A stretch of DNA of 48,888 nucleotides from a virus (IMGVR_UViG_3300025322_000039:1-48888), one strand, 5' to 3'; shown: positions 8,725-18,528, counted from the first letter of the stretch. Translations and numbers: made by a program. Notes: a model not told the origin generated them from the letters alone.

Positions 8725-8940
8725 ATGAGAAAACTACTTTTAAATAGTTTTGTACATCGGGAAAAGTTAATAACTATTCTTAAAAATCAAGCAACGAAAT
8801 CCGATTTTAAAGAAGAATGGGTAATGGAAAATTGGTGGGTCGAGGATGATGGACGGGGCTTTTTCCTGCTTTATTTAGGAGAACCGAAAGAGGCGAAATT
8901 AATTGCTCACATTTTGCATAATGATGTTATTGAAATATAA
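8725..8940 (+). CDS. hypothetical protein
   Basis: 71-aa ORF packed in the operon. Confidence 0.45.
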   Translation: MRKLLLNSFVHREKLITILKNQATKSDFKEEWVMENWWVEDDGRGFFLLYLGEPKEAKLIAHILHNDVIEI

Positions 8941-8951
8941 GGGAATAATCA

Positions 8952-9263
8952 ATGTCCATAGAAGAGACTTTATTGCAGAAATTGAATCAAACCATCAAGG
9001 CGTTGGAAGAGTTTAAAAACAGATTCGATAAGTTGGAAGCTATTATTTTAGGTAAAGAAGGTAGAGCGGGACTTGATGAAGAAATAAGAATGAATACAAA
9101 ATTGAGAAACAAGATTGAAGGAGAAAAGATTATCGAACAAGTGGAAAGAAATACTGTTGTTATAAGAAACGTAGTAAAATTTGTTTGGATTGTAGTTAGT
9201 GTTTTTGTGGTTCAAACAGTAGGATTTGTCTTTTTCATAATTAATTATCTTACAACGAAATAA
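8952..9263 (+). CDS. holin/XhlA-like protein
   Basis: N-terminal coiled coil plus a single C-terminal TM helix (VVKFVWIVVSVFVVQTVGFVFFII). Confidence 0.5.
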   Translation: MSIEETLLQKLNQTIKALEEFKNRFDKLEAIILGKEGRAGLDEEIRMNTKLRNKIEGEKIIEQVERNTVVIRNVVKFVWIVVSVFVVQTVGFVFFIINYLTTK

Positions 9264-9288
9264 ACTCATATAACAGAGAGGATATACC

Positions 9289-9576
9289 ATGGGATTCTTT
9301 GATGATTTAGTAAAGATTGCATTTCCGCTTATTTTGAGTGCGGTTAAATCCATAGCGGATTCACAAGTGGATGGAGCTTCTTTGAGCTCCGAACAGAAAG
9401 GTTGGTTGTATTCTGGTTATGTACTCATTAATGTCAACTTCGATAAAATTGTGGAAAGTACTGACAATGAATATGATGATCAGACCTTACAATCATTATC
9501 GGATTTTGCAGCCGATACGCTTCAAGAAGGTGGAATTACAGTTCCTTTCATTCCGCCCGAGCTACAATCTCTTTAA
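9289..9576 (+). CDS. hypothetical acidic protein of the lysis region
   Basis: GAGGA RBS; amphipathic N-terminus; STDNEYDD resembles the T-x-N-x-x-D-D motif of small lysis-cassette proteins. Confidence 0.55.
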   Translation: MGFFDDLVKIAFPLILSAVKSIADSQVDGASLSSEQKGWLYSGYVLINVNFDKIVESTDNEYDDQTLQSLSDFAADTLQEGGITVPFIPPELQSL

Positions 9577-9596
9577 GATTATGGAGAAAAATAGAA

Positions 9597-9773
9597 ATGC
9601 CAGAAGCATTTGACAGTTGCGTGAAGAAGGGTGGGAGGGTTGTTACCGTGTCCGGTCCAAATGAAAGGTGGAATTTAAAAGCCGGTGAATATGTTCATAT
9701 TTGCTGGTTAGGTAAAAAGCCATATCGTGGTTATACAAAGAAAAAAGAAAAATCTGATGGCAAAGAAGCGTAA
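9597..9773 (+). CDS. 58-aa conserved small phage protein (not in the ORF track)
   Basis: translated by hand: MPEAFDSCVKKGGRVVTVSGPNERWNLKAGEYVHICWLGKKPYRGYTKKKEKSDGKEA; GGAG RBS. Confidence 0.65.
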   Translation: MPEAFDSCVKKGGRVVTVSGPNERWNLKAGEYVHICWLGKKPYRGYTKKKEKSDGKEA

Positions 9774-9999
9774 TTATAAACGTGAATATAAACAATTTCA
9801 TGGTAAACCGGAACAAGTTAAAAAACGATCCACCAGAAACAAAGCTCGACGTAAGAAAAAACTAAAAGTTGGGGATGGCAAAGAGGTACATCATAAGAAA
9901 CCTTTGTCAAAAGGTGGAACAAATAATAGTAAAAATATTGTTGTACAAAAAGGTAAAAAGAAGAATCGTAAAGAAGGTGGAAGGATAAGTAAGAAATGA
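9757..9999 (+). CDS. small HNH endonuclease (packaging-associated type)
   Basis: KRNYKREY...GDGKEVHHKKPLSKGGTNNSKNI..NR; ATG 9757 preferred. Confidence 0.75.
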   Translation: MAKKRNYKREYKQFHGKPEQVKKRSTRNKARRKKKLKVGDGKEVHHKKPLSKGGTNNSKNIVVQKGKKKNRKEGGRISKK

Positions 10000-10169
10000 A
10001 AACAATAATAATAACTTATAGCGGAGAATTAGATAAGATTCTTGATGATTTAATTGTTAAGGTAATGAAGAATGCTGGATTTGAATGGTATGCTCAAGGT
10101 TATGATTTGGTAAAAAAAGAAAGAAATATTTGTTTTGATGTTAAAGAGGAAATTTTAGAGAATTCCTAA
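9996..10169 (+). CDS. 57-aa hypothetical protein (not in the ORF track)
   Basis: ATGA-coupled to the HNH gene; MKTIIITYSGELDKILDD...GFEWYAQGYDLVKKERNICFD. Confidence 0.55.
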   Translation: MKTIIITYSGELDKILDDLIVKVMKNAGFEWYAQGYDLVKKERNICFDVKEEILENS

Positions 10170-10174
10170 ACCAA

Positions 10175-11797
10175 TTGAAAATGGCAAAAAATGAAAAAAA
10201 GAAGATGAATTATCAGGAAGCTGCACAAATAGATATAGAACTGAACGAGCTGGATAAAAGTTCCCTTCTCGATCTCATGGCTGAATGTAAGACAAATTCA
10301 GCTTTGCTTGGGAAAGTTCTATACCCTCACATTTTTACTTCTCAATTTACTCAGGCTCACTTACAAGTTTTTGATTTGATTGATAATTGCAAATCAAAGA
10401 AGAAAGCGGTCTCTGCCCCTCGTGGTTGGGGCAAATCTTCTATTGCCGAACTTGTTTGTTCTAAAGACATTCTATTCGGTGACAAACATTTTATAGGCTA
10501 TCTATCTGATAGCACCACAAAAGCTGAGATGAGTACTGAATCTATAAAAACAAACGTGACTACTAATGAAAATGTTACAGTTCTGTTTCCTCCTGTAACT
10601 ACTATTTATAATCCTTCTGCAGATACTCAATTTTCTAAAAAGGCGTGGGTTGCTTATGGACAAACTTTCATTCTTCCTCGTGGCGCTGGACAACAAGTCA
10701 ATGGTTTAAAATGGGGTCATTACAGACCCGACAGGTGGATTCCAGATGATCTTGAAAACATTGTAGAAATTAGAAATGAAACTCAAAGAAGAAAACTGAG
10801 AGAATGGTTTTATGGTCCCCTTATGAACACCAGAAATATGTATGAGGAAAATTGTGAGTTTTTTTATATAGACACGATCAAGCACGAAGATGCACTGCTT
10901 GCTCATATTCTTAGAGATCCAGATTGGGAATGTATCAGACTGTCAGTTTGTGATGATAATTTCAAAACTTTAATGCCAGAGTTCATGAGCCAGGAAAAAT
11001 TGGACGCCCTTATCTTTTCTCATAAAGAAAAGAAAATTATGGATATTTTTGCTCGTGAATTTATGTCTCTGCCTTCTTCTCCTGATAATCAATCGTTCGC
11101 TGATTTATTCCAATATTACAATGAAACTGATGAAGATTTCGTAAAACGTCTTTCTTTTCTTATTAACATTCTCATCATTGATCCTGCAAAAACGGACAAT
11201 ATGGCAAATGCACAGAGTGGATTTGTTGTATGGGGAATCGACTTCGAACGTAGAAAATATCATGTTCGACAAGCGTTCGGGGATTTTTTAAATGCTAATG
11301 ATGTCTGTGCTACTGGACTCCGTTTGGCAGATCAGTATAATGTGGATGCAATTGGAATGGAAATAACTGGGCTCGAAAGTTGGGGGTCTTATACTTTCAA
11401 GAATATGATGCACGGTAGAGGAGGAAAGATTTACCATTTCGAGGAACTAAAAGCAAAGAGTGGTCATGGAGATTTTTCAGGAGAGGATGGCTCTAAAATC
11501 GGAAGGGTAGAACTTGGCTTACTTCCACTTTACGAGCAAGGATTGGTTTATCATAATCGAGTAGGTTGTGGAGCACTTGAAGCTCAGGAACTTTCATATC
11601 CTCACCCAGAAAAATGGGACGTGATAGACGCAGCTGCCTATCTTCCAGCAATGCTTGAAAGAGTTCTGATGTACATTGACCCTGATGGATCCGTTGGTTA
11701 CGAAGAAGATCCAGCTCTCATCGAAGATAGAGAATATTCTTCTATACAGAATGAGCCTCCAATCAAAAGATGGGGGGTAGGATACAATGATCTTTAA
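10175..11797 (+). CDS. terL: terminase large subunit (segment B)
   Basis: Walker A SAPRGWGKSS, Walker B RPDRWIPDDLEN, YIDT coupling motif, FAREFM, nuclease IIDPA and WDVIDAAAY; true start probably ATG 10181 or 10205. Confidence 0.92.
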   Translation: MKMAKNEKKKMNYQEAAQIDIELNELDKSSLLDLMAECKTNSALLGKVLYPHIFTSQFTQAHLQVFDLIDNCKSKKKAVSAPRGWGKSSIAELVCSKDILFGDKHFIGYLSDSTTKAEMSTESIKTNVTTNENVTVLFPPVTTIYNPSADTQFSKKAWVAYGQTFILPRGAGQQVNGLKWGHYRPDRWIPDDLENIVEIRNETQRRKLREWFYGPLMNTRNMYEENCEFFYIDTIKHEDALLAHILRDPDWECIRLSVCDDNFKTLMPEFMSQEKLDALIFSHKEKKIMDIFAREFMSLPSSPDNQSFADLFQYYNETDEDFVKRLSFLINILIIDPAKTDNMANAQSGFVVWGIDFERRKYHVRQAFGDFLNANDVCATGLRLADQYNVDAIGMEITGLESWGSYTFKNMMHGRGGKIYHFEELKAKSGHGDFSGEDGSKIGRVELGLLPLYEQGLVYHNRVGCGALEAQELSYPHPEKWDVIDAAAYLPAMLERVLMYIDPDGSVGYEEDPALIEDREYSSIQNEPPIKRWGVGYNDL

Positions 11798-11800
11798 CAA

Positions 11801-11825
11801 CTCACGTTCATTTCTTGAACGTAAG
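11801..11825 (+). repeat. dispersed 25-bp palindromic element, copy 1
   Basis: CTCACGTTCA-TTTCT-TGAACGTAAG between terL and portal. Confidence 0.85.
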
Positions 11826-11839
11826 GGAGAATAAACTGA

Positions 11840-13786
11840 ATGCCTTCACCGAGCTTTTACAATCAGATGGGCAAGTCGAAAGTTACTTTTAAAGAAGACT
11901 TTCGATATAAGAATTATCCTGCTCGTGTTAATTTAGATCCGGATTCACAGGATCACGCCGATATTCTTAAGATTCTTCTGGGTTATGCAAAGGAATCCTA
12001 TGATGTAATGAGGGTACGCCATCCCAGTTGGGCTGAACTTGACAGAAAGTTGAATGTTTATATTGACTTGTCAGAGGAAGAACAATCAGACAAGGAAGAA
12101 GACAAAAGGCGTCCAGTAAGTATGGTGGTTCCTTTAAGTTACGCTACTCGTGAAACTCTTATGACATACCGGATGGCTGCTTTGATGGAAGCTCCGATTT
12201 TTAAATATGATTGGTTTGATCCACGTGATGCACTTGGAACGATAATGCTTCAGAAACTTATCTCATTACAGGCGAGCAGAAGAAGAATGGGACTTGATTT
12301 GCATACTCACTGGATGGACGATGTAACTTACGGATTCGGAGCAGTTGGAGTTGAATTTGTTAAGGAACAATCCTTCGTTACCAGAAAAAGAAAAAGTTTG
12401 TTTGGCTCATTAGTGGATGATACTCAACTACAAACTGTTTATGAAGGAAATTCATTGTTTGCTTTTGATCCCTATAATTGTTTGCCTGATCCAAATGTAC
12501 CTATTCATAAAGTAAAGGATATGGTATTTTTTGGGGGTTTGGAAAGGACTAATTACTTTGATCTTTCTGATTATGAAAGAGATGACCCAGATGTTTTTAA
12601 TGTAAAATATCTTAAGGAAATGGTGGATACAAAAAGCTTATTTTATTCTGCAACTGAAACAACGACTGGCAGATACGCCACAACGAAAGTGAAACCTAAC
12701 GATAGTCCCTGGATGTTTCCACAAACTAAGCCTATTGATATAATGTGGATGTATGCAAAGTTAATTCCTGCTGATTTTAAACTTGGAAAAGAAAAATATA
12801 CTCAGATTTGGAAATTTGGAGTTGCAGGAGATAGGGTTATTATCTATGCAAAACCGCTTGCTAATAACCACGGTAGGATTCCAGTCGCTGTAACGGCGAG
12901 CAATACGGATGATCACTCGACTGTTCCTACTTCGTTACTGGAAATTGAGTATCCTATTCAACACGCCGTTGACTGGCTTTGGTCATCACATGTTATTGAG
13001 CTTAGAAAATCAATTAATAATATGTTAGTAATTGATCCTTCAATGATTAATATTAATGATGTTCTTAATACCAAATACGGTATGATTGCCCGCCTTAGAG
13101 CAAGGGCATTTGGGCGTGGGGTTAAAGATTCGATTATGCAACTTCAGGTATCGGACGCCACCAGAGGAAATATTACTGACATTGGATTTTTAATGGATAT
13201 TAAGCAAAGAGTTACCGCCGCTACTGATCAAATGCAAGGTTTCCAAAACAGACGAGGCGAGAGAGTTTCGGCTACTGAGGCAAGAGATACTCGAATGAGC
13301 AATTTAAGCCGTCTTGAAAAGAATGCAAGGATTGTTGAGATGCAAGGCCATTTTGATTTAGCTTATATGTTGGCTTCTAATACGATTCAATATATGAGCC
13401 AAGAAACTTATGTTAAAACTGCTGGAGATTATGAAGAAGTTTTAAGGGATGAATATGGAATTACGGAAGAAGGGTTAATTGTAAGTCCTGATGCACTTGA
13501 TATTAACTACGATATTTTGGTTCGTGATGGAAGCTTGCCTCAAGGTGATACTGCGGAAGTTTGGCAACAACTTCTTGCAATTACCCAAGCGAGTCCGGAG
13601 TTATATCAGAGAATTGATTTCACCAGAGTTTGGTTACATATTGCAAGATTGCTCGGAGCAAAGAATCCACAGGAATTTATGAAGCGCAGAGCTCCGCAAG
13701 CGAGGATTGAACCAGAAGGCCAAATTGAAAGTCAAGTACAAGCAGGAAATTATGTAACTCCTGCACAATTAGGAGTAGCCAGATGA
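11840..13786 (+). CDS. portal protein
   Basis: 648 aa directly after TerL; DPYNCLPDP, SATEA motif, podovirus-type layout. Confidence 0.85.
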   Translation: MPSPSFYNQMGKSKVTFKEDFRYKNYPARVNLDPDSQDHADILKILLGYAKESYDVMRVRHPSWAELDRKLNVYIDLSEEEQSDKEEDKRRPVSMVVPLSYATRETLMTYRMAALMEAPIFKYDWFDPRDALGTIMLQKLISLQASRRRMGLDLHTHWMDDVTYGFGAVGVEFVKEQSFVTRKRKSLFGSLVDDTQLQTVYEGNSLFAFDPYNCLPDPNVPIHKVKDMVFFGGLERTNYFDLSDYERDDPDVFNVKYLKEMVDTKSLFYSATETTTGRYATTKVKPNDSPWMFPQTKPIDIMWMYAKLIPADFKLGKEKYTQIWKFGVAGDRVIIYAKPLANNHGRIPVAVTASNTDDHSTVPTSLLEIEYPIQHAVDWLWSSHVIELRKSINNMLVIDPSMININDVLNTKYGMIARLRARAFGRGVKDSIMQLQVSDATRGNITDIGFLMDIKQRVTAATDQMQGFQNRRGERVSATEARDTRMSNLSRLEKNARIVEMQGHFDLAYMLASNTIQYMSQETYVKTAGDYEEVLRDEYGITEEGLIVSPDALDINYDILVRDGSLPQGDTAEVWQQLLAITQASPELYQRIDFTRVWLHIARLLGAKNPQEFMKRRAPQARIEPEGQIESQVQAGNYVTPAQLGVAR

Positions 13787-14121
13787 ATAAAGAACAATTT
13801 GAAAAGATTATTTCTGCTCAGTTTGATGAAGAGGAAGTTAGATATCCAACTGTTCACCAATTTAATGCTTTCCAGAAAGACCCAGTTTGGAAATGGTTAG
13901 AAGGATTGCTTGTGCTTGATCAGAGACAAATTATGGCAGAACTTACTCAAGGAAGAAGATACCCTACTGGAGAGCAGTTAGGAGAGCAAGAACTTCATCA
14001 GCTTCAAGGACAGTTTCAAAGAATTGATTTTATCTTTAATCTTATTGAAACTGTGAAGTCTGAGCAGATAAGAATAGAAGATGAAGAAAAAATTAAACTA
14101 ACTAAAAATAAGGAGACATAG
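13783..14121 (+). CDS. small helical protein downstream of the portal
   Basis: F..DPVWK.L...QLQGQ pattern typical of the conserved gene between portal and scaffold. Confidence 0.6.
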   Translation: MNKEQFEKIISAQFDEEEVRYPTVHQFNAFQKDPVWKWLEGLLVLDQRQIMAELTQGRRYPTGEQLGEQELHQLQGQFQRIDFIFNLIETVKSEQIRIEDEEKIKLTKNKET

Positions 14122-14123
14122 TC

Positions 14124-14897
14124 ATGTTGTTTTTATTTAATTTTTTGAAGCCATTGTTTGATGGCTATGGAATTTTATACTTTGCTGATCCTAAGAAAGG
14201 CGGGGGAATTCCGAAAGTTGACCCAAAACCTGAACCAGATCCGAAACCTGAACCAGAGCCAGAGCCAGAGCCAGAGCCAGAACCGGATCCAGTTAATGTA
14301 AATCAAGGACTGTTGTTTTTGCAAGAGCTTGAACGTCTTTCCAAAGGTTTGACATCCAAGTCCGCTCCGTCTCCAACTCCAAGTTCTGTTCCGAAGCCTG
14401 AGCCAAAGCCGGTTCCTCATGTTCCTCCTGATGGAAACATCAAAATTCCTGAAGGAGATGAGTTCACAAATATGTTTAAGGACCGTTCCAAGTTTGTTGA
14501 TTTCGCCAATGCATTAGCCTCAGCAACTTATGAGCGGGCAAGGAAGGATATTTTGCAATCAATGCCAGATCAAATGTCTAAGACTGTTCGTGAAGAGATT
14601 GAAGTAGTTAATGCAGCTAACGCTTTCTGGCGAAATAATGAAGAACTTTTACCTGCGGCAACTTTCGTTGCTCAAAGGGCGTCCGCTATTAAAGCGGCTA
14701 ATCCTGAGAAACCAGTACTAACGGCTTATGAAGAAGCCGGAAAGGAGGTGCGTGAATCACTCAAAAAAATGGGTGTCGAAGTAGAGACAGAAGGAAATCG
14801 TAGAACACTTAGAAGTAGGAAGTCGAGTTCGACTCCTAAAGGTAAGGATGATCCAAACGACGTTCGTGCCTTAGCTCAAAGAAGAATGAAAATTTAA
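14124..14897 (+). CDS. capsid scaffolding protein
   Basis: position; hydrophobic leader ending ILYFADPKKGGG; (PE)n low-complexity tract at ~14220-14290; helical core FWRNNEEL. Confidence 0.65.
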   Translation: MLFLFNFLKPLFDGYGILYFADPKKGGGIPKVDPKPEPDPKPEPEPEPEPEPEPDPVNVNQGLLFLQELERLSKGLTSKSAPSPTPSSVPKPEPKPVPHVPPDGNIKIPEGDEFTNMFKDRSKFVDFANALASATYERARKDILQSMPDQMSKTVREEIEVVNAANAFWRNNEELLPAATFVAQRASAIKAANPEKPVLTAYEEAGKEVRESLKKMGVEVETEGNRRTLRSRKSSSTPKGKDDPNDVRALAQRRMKI

Positions 14898-14918
14898 TTC
14901 GATAAAGGAGATTTCATT

Positions 14919-15311
14919 ATGCAATCCGAACAAAGTCGAATAGGGATTGGACAAGTTCCTATTCCGTACCGAACACGCTTTATCTCCACCGATGGTAGCG
15001 GAAACATTACCATAGATGGTGATAGTTATAGCGCTGACGGTGCGCTTAAATATAAAATGAAAGTCTATGACCATGTGCTTATACTCGATGTCAACGGAAC
15101 TGATGCCCTTGTTATCGAGTTACCATCTGTTTCAGCCGCAGAAGGAAACATCTATCTAATTAGATTTGCAGATTATGGTGGAGCTTCCCTTCAGGATGAA
15201 GATGACAGTATTGGAGACTGGTCAGACTTAACTCCCGATGCTGATGGAGAGTATGCTTTCCTTCAGGCACAGGGCGGTCAATGGGTAGTTTTAGCTACCG
15301 ATATAAGTTAG
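14919..15311 (+). CDS. putative head decoration/fibre protein
   Basis: acidic and beta-rich; LPSV...GNIYLI and DGEY..L...GGQWVV resemble fibre-tip modules; lies in the head operon. Confidence 0.45.
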   Translation: MQSEQSRIGIGQVPIPYRTRFISTDGSGNITIDGDSYSADGALKYKMKVYDHVLILDVNGTDALVIELPSVSAAEGNIYLIRFADYGGASLQDEDDSIGDWSDLTPDADGEYAFLQAQGGQWVVLATDIS

Positions 15312-15323
15312 GAGGTAATTTAA

Positions 15324-16319
15324 ATGAGTACAAAAGGTGGACTTCTTAATTTAGGTGTTGACCCTTCTCCAAGTGGATGGAAATTTAATGCACCGATCTA
15401 CGCATCTGCTGGAGTGTTTTCTGGGCTCGGTGGGAAAGTTTACTACGTTGATGCGGAGAATGGTTCTGACAACAACGATGGTAGAGTTCCCAGTCGAGCT
15501 TTGGCTACAGTACTTGCTGCATATAACAAATGTGTCGAGGACAAACATGACTGCGTTGTTATGATTGGCACTTCGACTTCATTTACGATCAGTGATACTC
15601 TTACTTGGGAGAAGCGCCATACACATCTTCTGGGTATTGCCGCTCCAACCCCAAATTCAAGAGCACGAATCACTGTGACTGGTACTGATTCGACAGTTGC
15701 TGGTTTAGCTGTAACAGCAGATGGTTGTATTTTTGCCAACTTCAGAATTTACCAGGAAACTTCGTTGGCAGGTTGTGGAGCTATTTCAGTGAGCGGAGAT
15801 AGAAATTATTTCTTCAACGTGGATATTCAAGGTCAAGTTGGAACCAGTGCAAAAGGAAGTGCAACGGCTTACTCACTGCTTCTTAACGGAGCAGAGGAAT
15901 GTCGATTCGAGAATTGTACAATCGGTTTGGATACGGTTGTACGTACCGCTGGTTCTCCATTACGCCTTGACGGTTCTGCTGCAAGAAATGAGTTCCATCG
16001 ATGCATGTTCCGATCTGCTTGTGAGACCGCTTCTCAGACAATGGTGAAATTTGTAGATACAGCAGCTTTGGATCGAAACATGTGGTTTAAAGATTGTCTG
16101 TTCTATAATTTCTGGACGAATCATGCAGACAAGCTGGCGGAAGTTTTTACGATTCCTTCTGGTGCTACTACTCATGACATTATCCTTCAAGACTGTGCCG
16201 CCATTGGAATAGATGAATGGGCAGCGAGTGATCGCGGTTCTATTTGGGTAGTCGGTGGCACACCAGCTGCAGGAACTGCCGGATCTGGTTCAACTGGAAT
16301 AGGTGTTGAACCTTCTTAA
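15324..16319 (+). CDS. right-handed beta-helix (pectin-lyase-like) virion protein
   Basis: VYYVDAENGSDNNDG...ALAT entry motif; repeating C.F.NC units. Confidence 0.7.
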   Translation: MSTKGGLLNLGVDPSPSGWKFNAPIYASAGVFSGLGGKVYYVDAENGSDNNDGRVPSRALATVLAAYNKCVEDKHDCVVMIGTSTSFTISDTLTWEKRHTHLLGIAAPTPNSRARITVTGTDSTVAGLAVTADGCIFANFRIYQETSLAGCGAISVSGDRNYFFNVDIQGQVGTSAKGSATAYSLLLNGAEECRFENCTIGLDTVVRTAGSPLRLDGSAARNEFHRCMFRSACETASQTMVKFVDTAALDRNMWFKDCLFYNFWTNHADKLAEVFTIPSGATTHDIILQDCAAIGIDEWAASDRGSIWVVGGTPAAGTAGSGSTGIGVEPS

Positions 16320-16350
16320 CAGTTAAACAAAAATCAAAGGAGAATTTCAA

Positions 16351-17697
16351 ATGAATTTTTTAGGTATGAAAGGATCTGGGCAGTTTACTGCGGATGAACT
16401 TCCACAGGATTGGGCTCAGCAAATCCTTTTCGAATATCCAAATGGACAAACCCCTATCTTCGCTATTCAAAGTATGTTTCCTGAACAGTTAGTGTTGGCG
16501 AGTGAGTTCAATTGGTGGACAGAAACGATGCCAGCCAGGACTGGAGCATTAACTGATGTATACATAGATGCGGGTCTTGCAACCCCTTATGTGTATGCGA
16601 CTCATCAGGCAACGAAAGGAATAGCGGGTGCTACAGTGTATGTTAAGATGGCTGAAGCCCTTGCAACTGATGCAGTCATTGGACATACCTGTGCTCTTAT
16701 CAATGCAGACAGACCTACGGCAACAGTGAGAGGAAGAGTTGTTAGTCAAAGTTTGAACGGAGCTTCGAGTTACATTGCCGTTCAACTTATTGAAGCTGAC
16801 GACAATGCAATCGATGGTGATGGAGCCTCTGCCGCTTCCTCATATAATCTTGCCACCGCTGACAGGATTATTTACATGGCAGGCGCCTATCCATGGGGAT
16901 CGTCCGCTCCAGAAGCATTGAGTTATACGCCCACTAAGTTTACGAATTATACTCAGGTTGGGCGAGATGTATTCAGCTTGTCTGAATCGGCTCAGGCACA
17001 GATCACTCGGACGGGGGATATTTATGACAATGACAAAATTCGCCTTATGTATCGCCATGCTCAGGGATGGGAATGGTCAGCGATTTTTGGTCATAAGTAC
17101 TCTACGTCTGACATAATCAGCAAACAGCCATTGTACTACACGGAAGGTTTACTTGACTTCGTGCTGACAAACAATGCTTCGATGTTCCAGGATTACCGTT
17201 ATGCGACGGATGAGTTGTATGCTGGTAAAGACTGGGTTGAAGCGGGGCATAAGTTCATTCGCAATTACTTTAAGATTCTGCGCCGGTTTGCTCCAGACAA
17301 TGTGTTTGTCTTGTGCGGTGATGGAGCTGCCGCCGGAATGGAAGAACTTGCGGAAACTTACGGTCACGTGAACGTAGAAGTTGGACAGAAAGATTATGGT
17401 TTGGAGGTCTCCACTTGGAGAACATTCTCTGGATCATTCCCTTTCAAAATTCATCCACTTCTTAGTCGAGAAAGTTCAACCAATAACCTGATGATTTTCT
17501 ATGTCCCAGAGAACATGAGACTGTGTCCTTTGGTAAACAATGGAAAAGATCGCCGGACCAAATTCGAGACTGGTATGGTAACTCCAGGTGTGGATGGTAC
17601 GGTTGATGGATTCAAAACTGAAGCAGGTTGGAAATTCGAGTTTCCAAATCAGTTTATGATTCTCGATGGCATTGGATTGAAGAACTCAGTGTCGTAG
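16351..17697 (+). CDS. major capsid protein (HK97 fold, SU10/DUF5309-like, with an inserted domain)
   Basis: FNWWTE, TNYTQVGR, EWSAIFG, TEGLL, YGLEVSTW, IHPLL, TEAGW motifs; strong AAGGAG RBS and a strong downstream terminator. Confidence 0.82.
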   Translation: MNFLGMKGSGQFTADELPQDWAQQILFEYPNGQTPIFAIQSMFPEQLVLASEFNWWTETMPARTGALTDVYIDAGLATPYVYATHQATKGIAGATVYVKMAEALATDAVIGHTCALINADRPTATVRGRVVSQSLNGASSYIAVQLIEADDNAIDGDGASAASSYNLATADRIIYMAGAYPWGSSAPEALSYTPTKFTNYTQVGRDVFSLSESAQAQITRTGDIYDNDKIRLMYRHAQGWEWSAIFGHKYSTSDIISKQPLYYTEGLLDFVLTNNASMFQDYRYATDELYAGKDWVEAGHKFIRNYFKILRRFAPDNVFVLCGDGAAAGMEELAETYGHVNVEVGQKDYGLEVSTWRTFSGSFPFKIHPLLSRESSTNNLMIFYVPENMRLCPLVNNGKDRRTKFETGMVTPGVDGTVDGFKTEAGWKFEFPNQFMILDGIGLKNSVS

Positions 17698-17703
17698 TAG
17701 GTT

Positions 17704-17746
17704 GAGATATCGAGACTCTGAAATGGGTCTCGATATCTTATTTTTC
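17704..17746 (+). terminator. intrinsic terminator after the major capsid gene
   Basis: GAGATATCGAGACTC-TGAAAT-GGGTCTCGATATCTT followed by ATTTTT. Confidence 0.8.
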
Positions 17747-17762
17747 AATTAGGAGAAAGAGA

Positions 17763-18527
17763 ATGGCAGCGCCGACAGTTAATACCAAAGCCTGGATAAG
17801 ACAGAAATTTATTGAAGAAACTGGAAGATTTGATCTCGTTCAAGACCATATAAGTTACGTCGACAAGGGTGCAGACTTTTTCATAGATGCTGGAAACAAA
17901 ATTCTTGATATGAGAATTGAGCATCCAAAATCTATTACAAGGTTTCAGAAAAACATCACCGCCGGTGTAGTTAAACTTGAAATGCAAAGACTTCAATCTG
18001 TGGAAATGGTTGAAGTAATGAATGCAGAGGTCAGAACTGAACTTAGTCCTATGGACTACAAAGAATTTCGTAAGAAGTTTAATCTTGCATCTTCCAAATA
18101 TGAAAGAGGTGTTCCTTCAATTTATGCTTTATTGGAAAATACCCTTTCTCTTGAGCAGAAAGCCATAACAGCAGCTAACTACGCTTCGACTTTTACTTAC
18201 GATTACGAAGACCTTCGTTTTCACGATAACAATGTATTTTTGTATGATGGAATTATCTGGAATCCTCCAGCTGATGTTACCTATACAATAACAGTACATG
18301 CCCATTTCTATTCTCACTTGGTGGAAGACACTGACAAGAATTTTTATTCGGTGAATTTTCCGACTCTTCTCATTCTCGCTTCTAAATTGGCTCTTTATTC
18401 ATCGTATGACAATACTTCAGGAATAAGAGATACCCTTGCTGCAATGGAGGTAATAGAGGAAGGATTGGACAAAAATCTTATTAATCAAGAAATGTCAAGG
18501 GCTGGTTTACAAAGGAAAGGGTTTTGA
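17763..18527 (+). CDS. head-tail adaptor protein
   Basis: follows the MCP; FFIDAG, GVPSIYA, PPADVTYTI, PTLLILAS patterns of podovirus adaptors. Confidence 0.65.
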   Translation: MAAPTVNTKAWIRQKFIEETGRFDLVQDHISYVDKGADFFIDAGNKILDMRIEHPKSITRFQKNITAGVVKLEMQRLQSVEMVEVMNAEVRTELSPMDYKEFRKKFNLASSKYERGVPSIYALLENTLSLEQKAITAANYASTFTYDYEDLRFHDNNVFLYDGIIWNPPADVTYTITVHAHFYSHLVEDTDKNFYSVNFPTLLILASKLALYSSYDNTSGIRDTLAAMEVIEEGLDKNLINQEMSRAGLQRKGF

Positions 18528-18528
18528 A

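Noticed and set aside
14220-14290. GAGCCA hexamer repeat as a contingency locus
   Set aside because: In-frame (PE)n linker typical of scaffold proteins; length change would not shift the frame.
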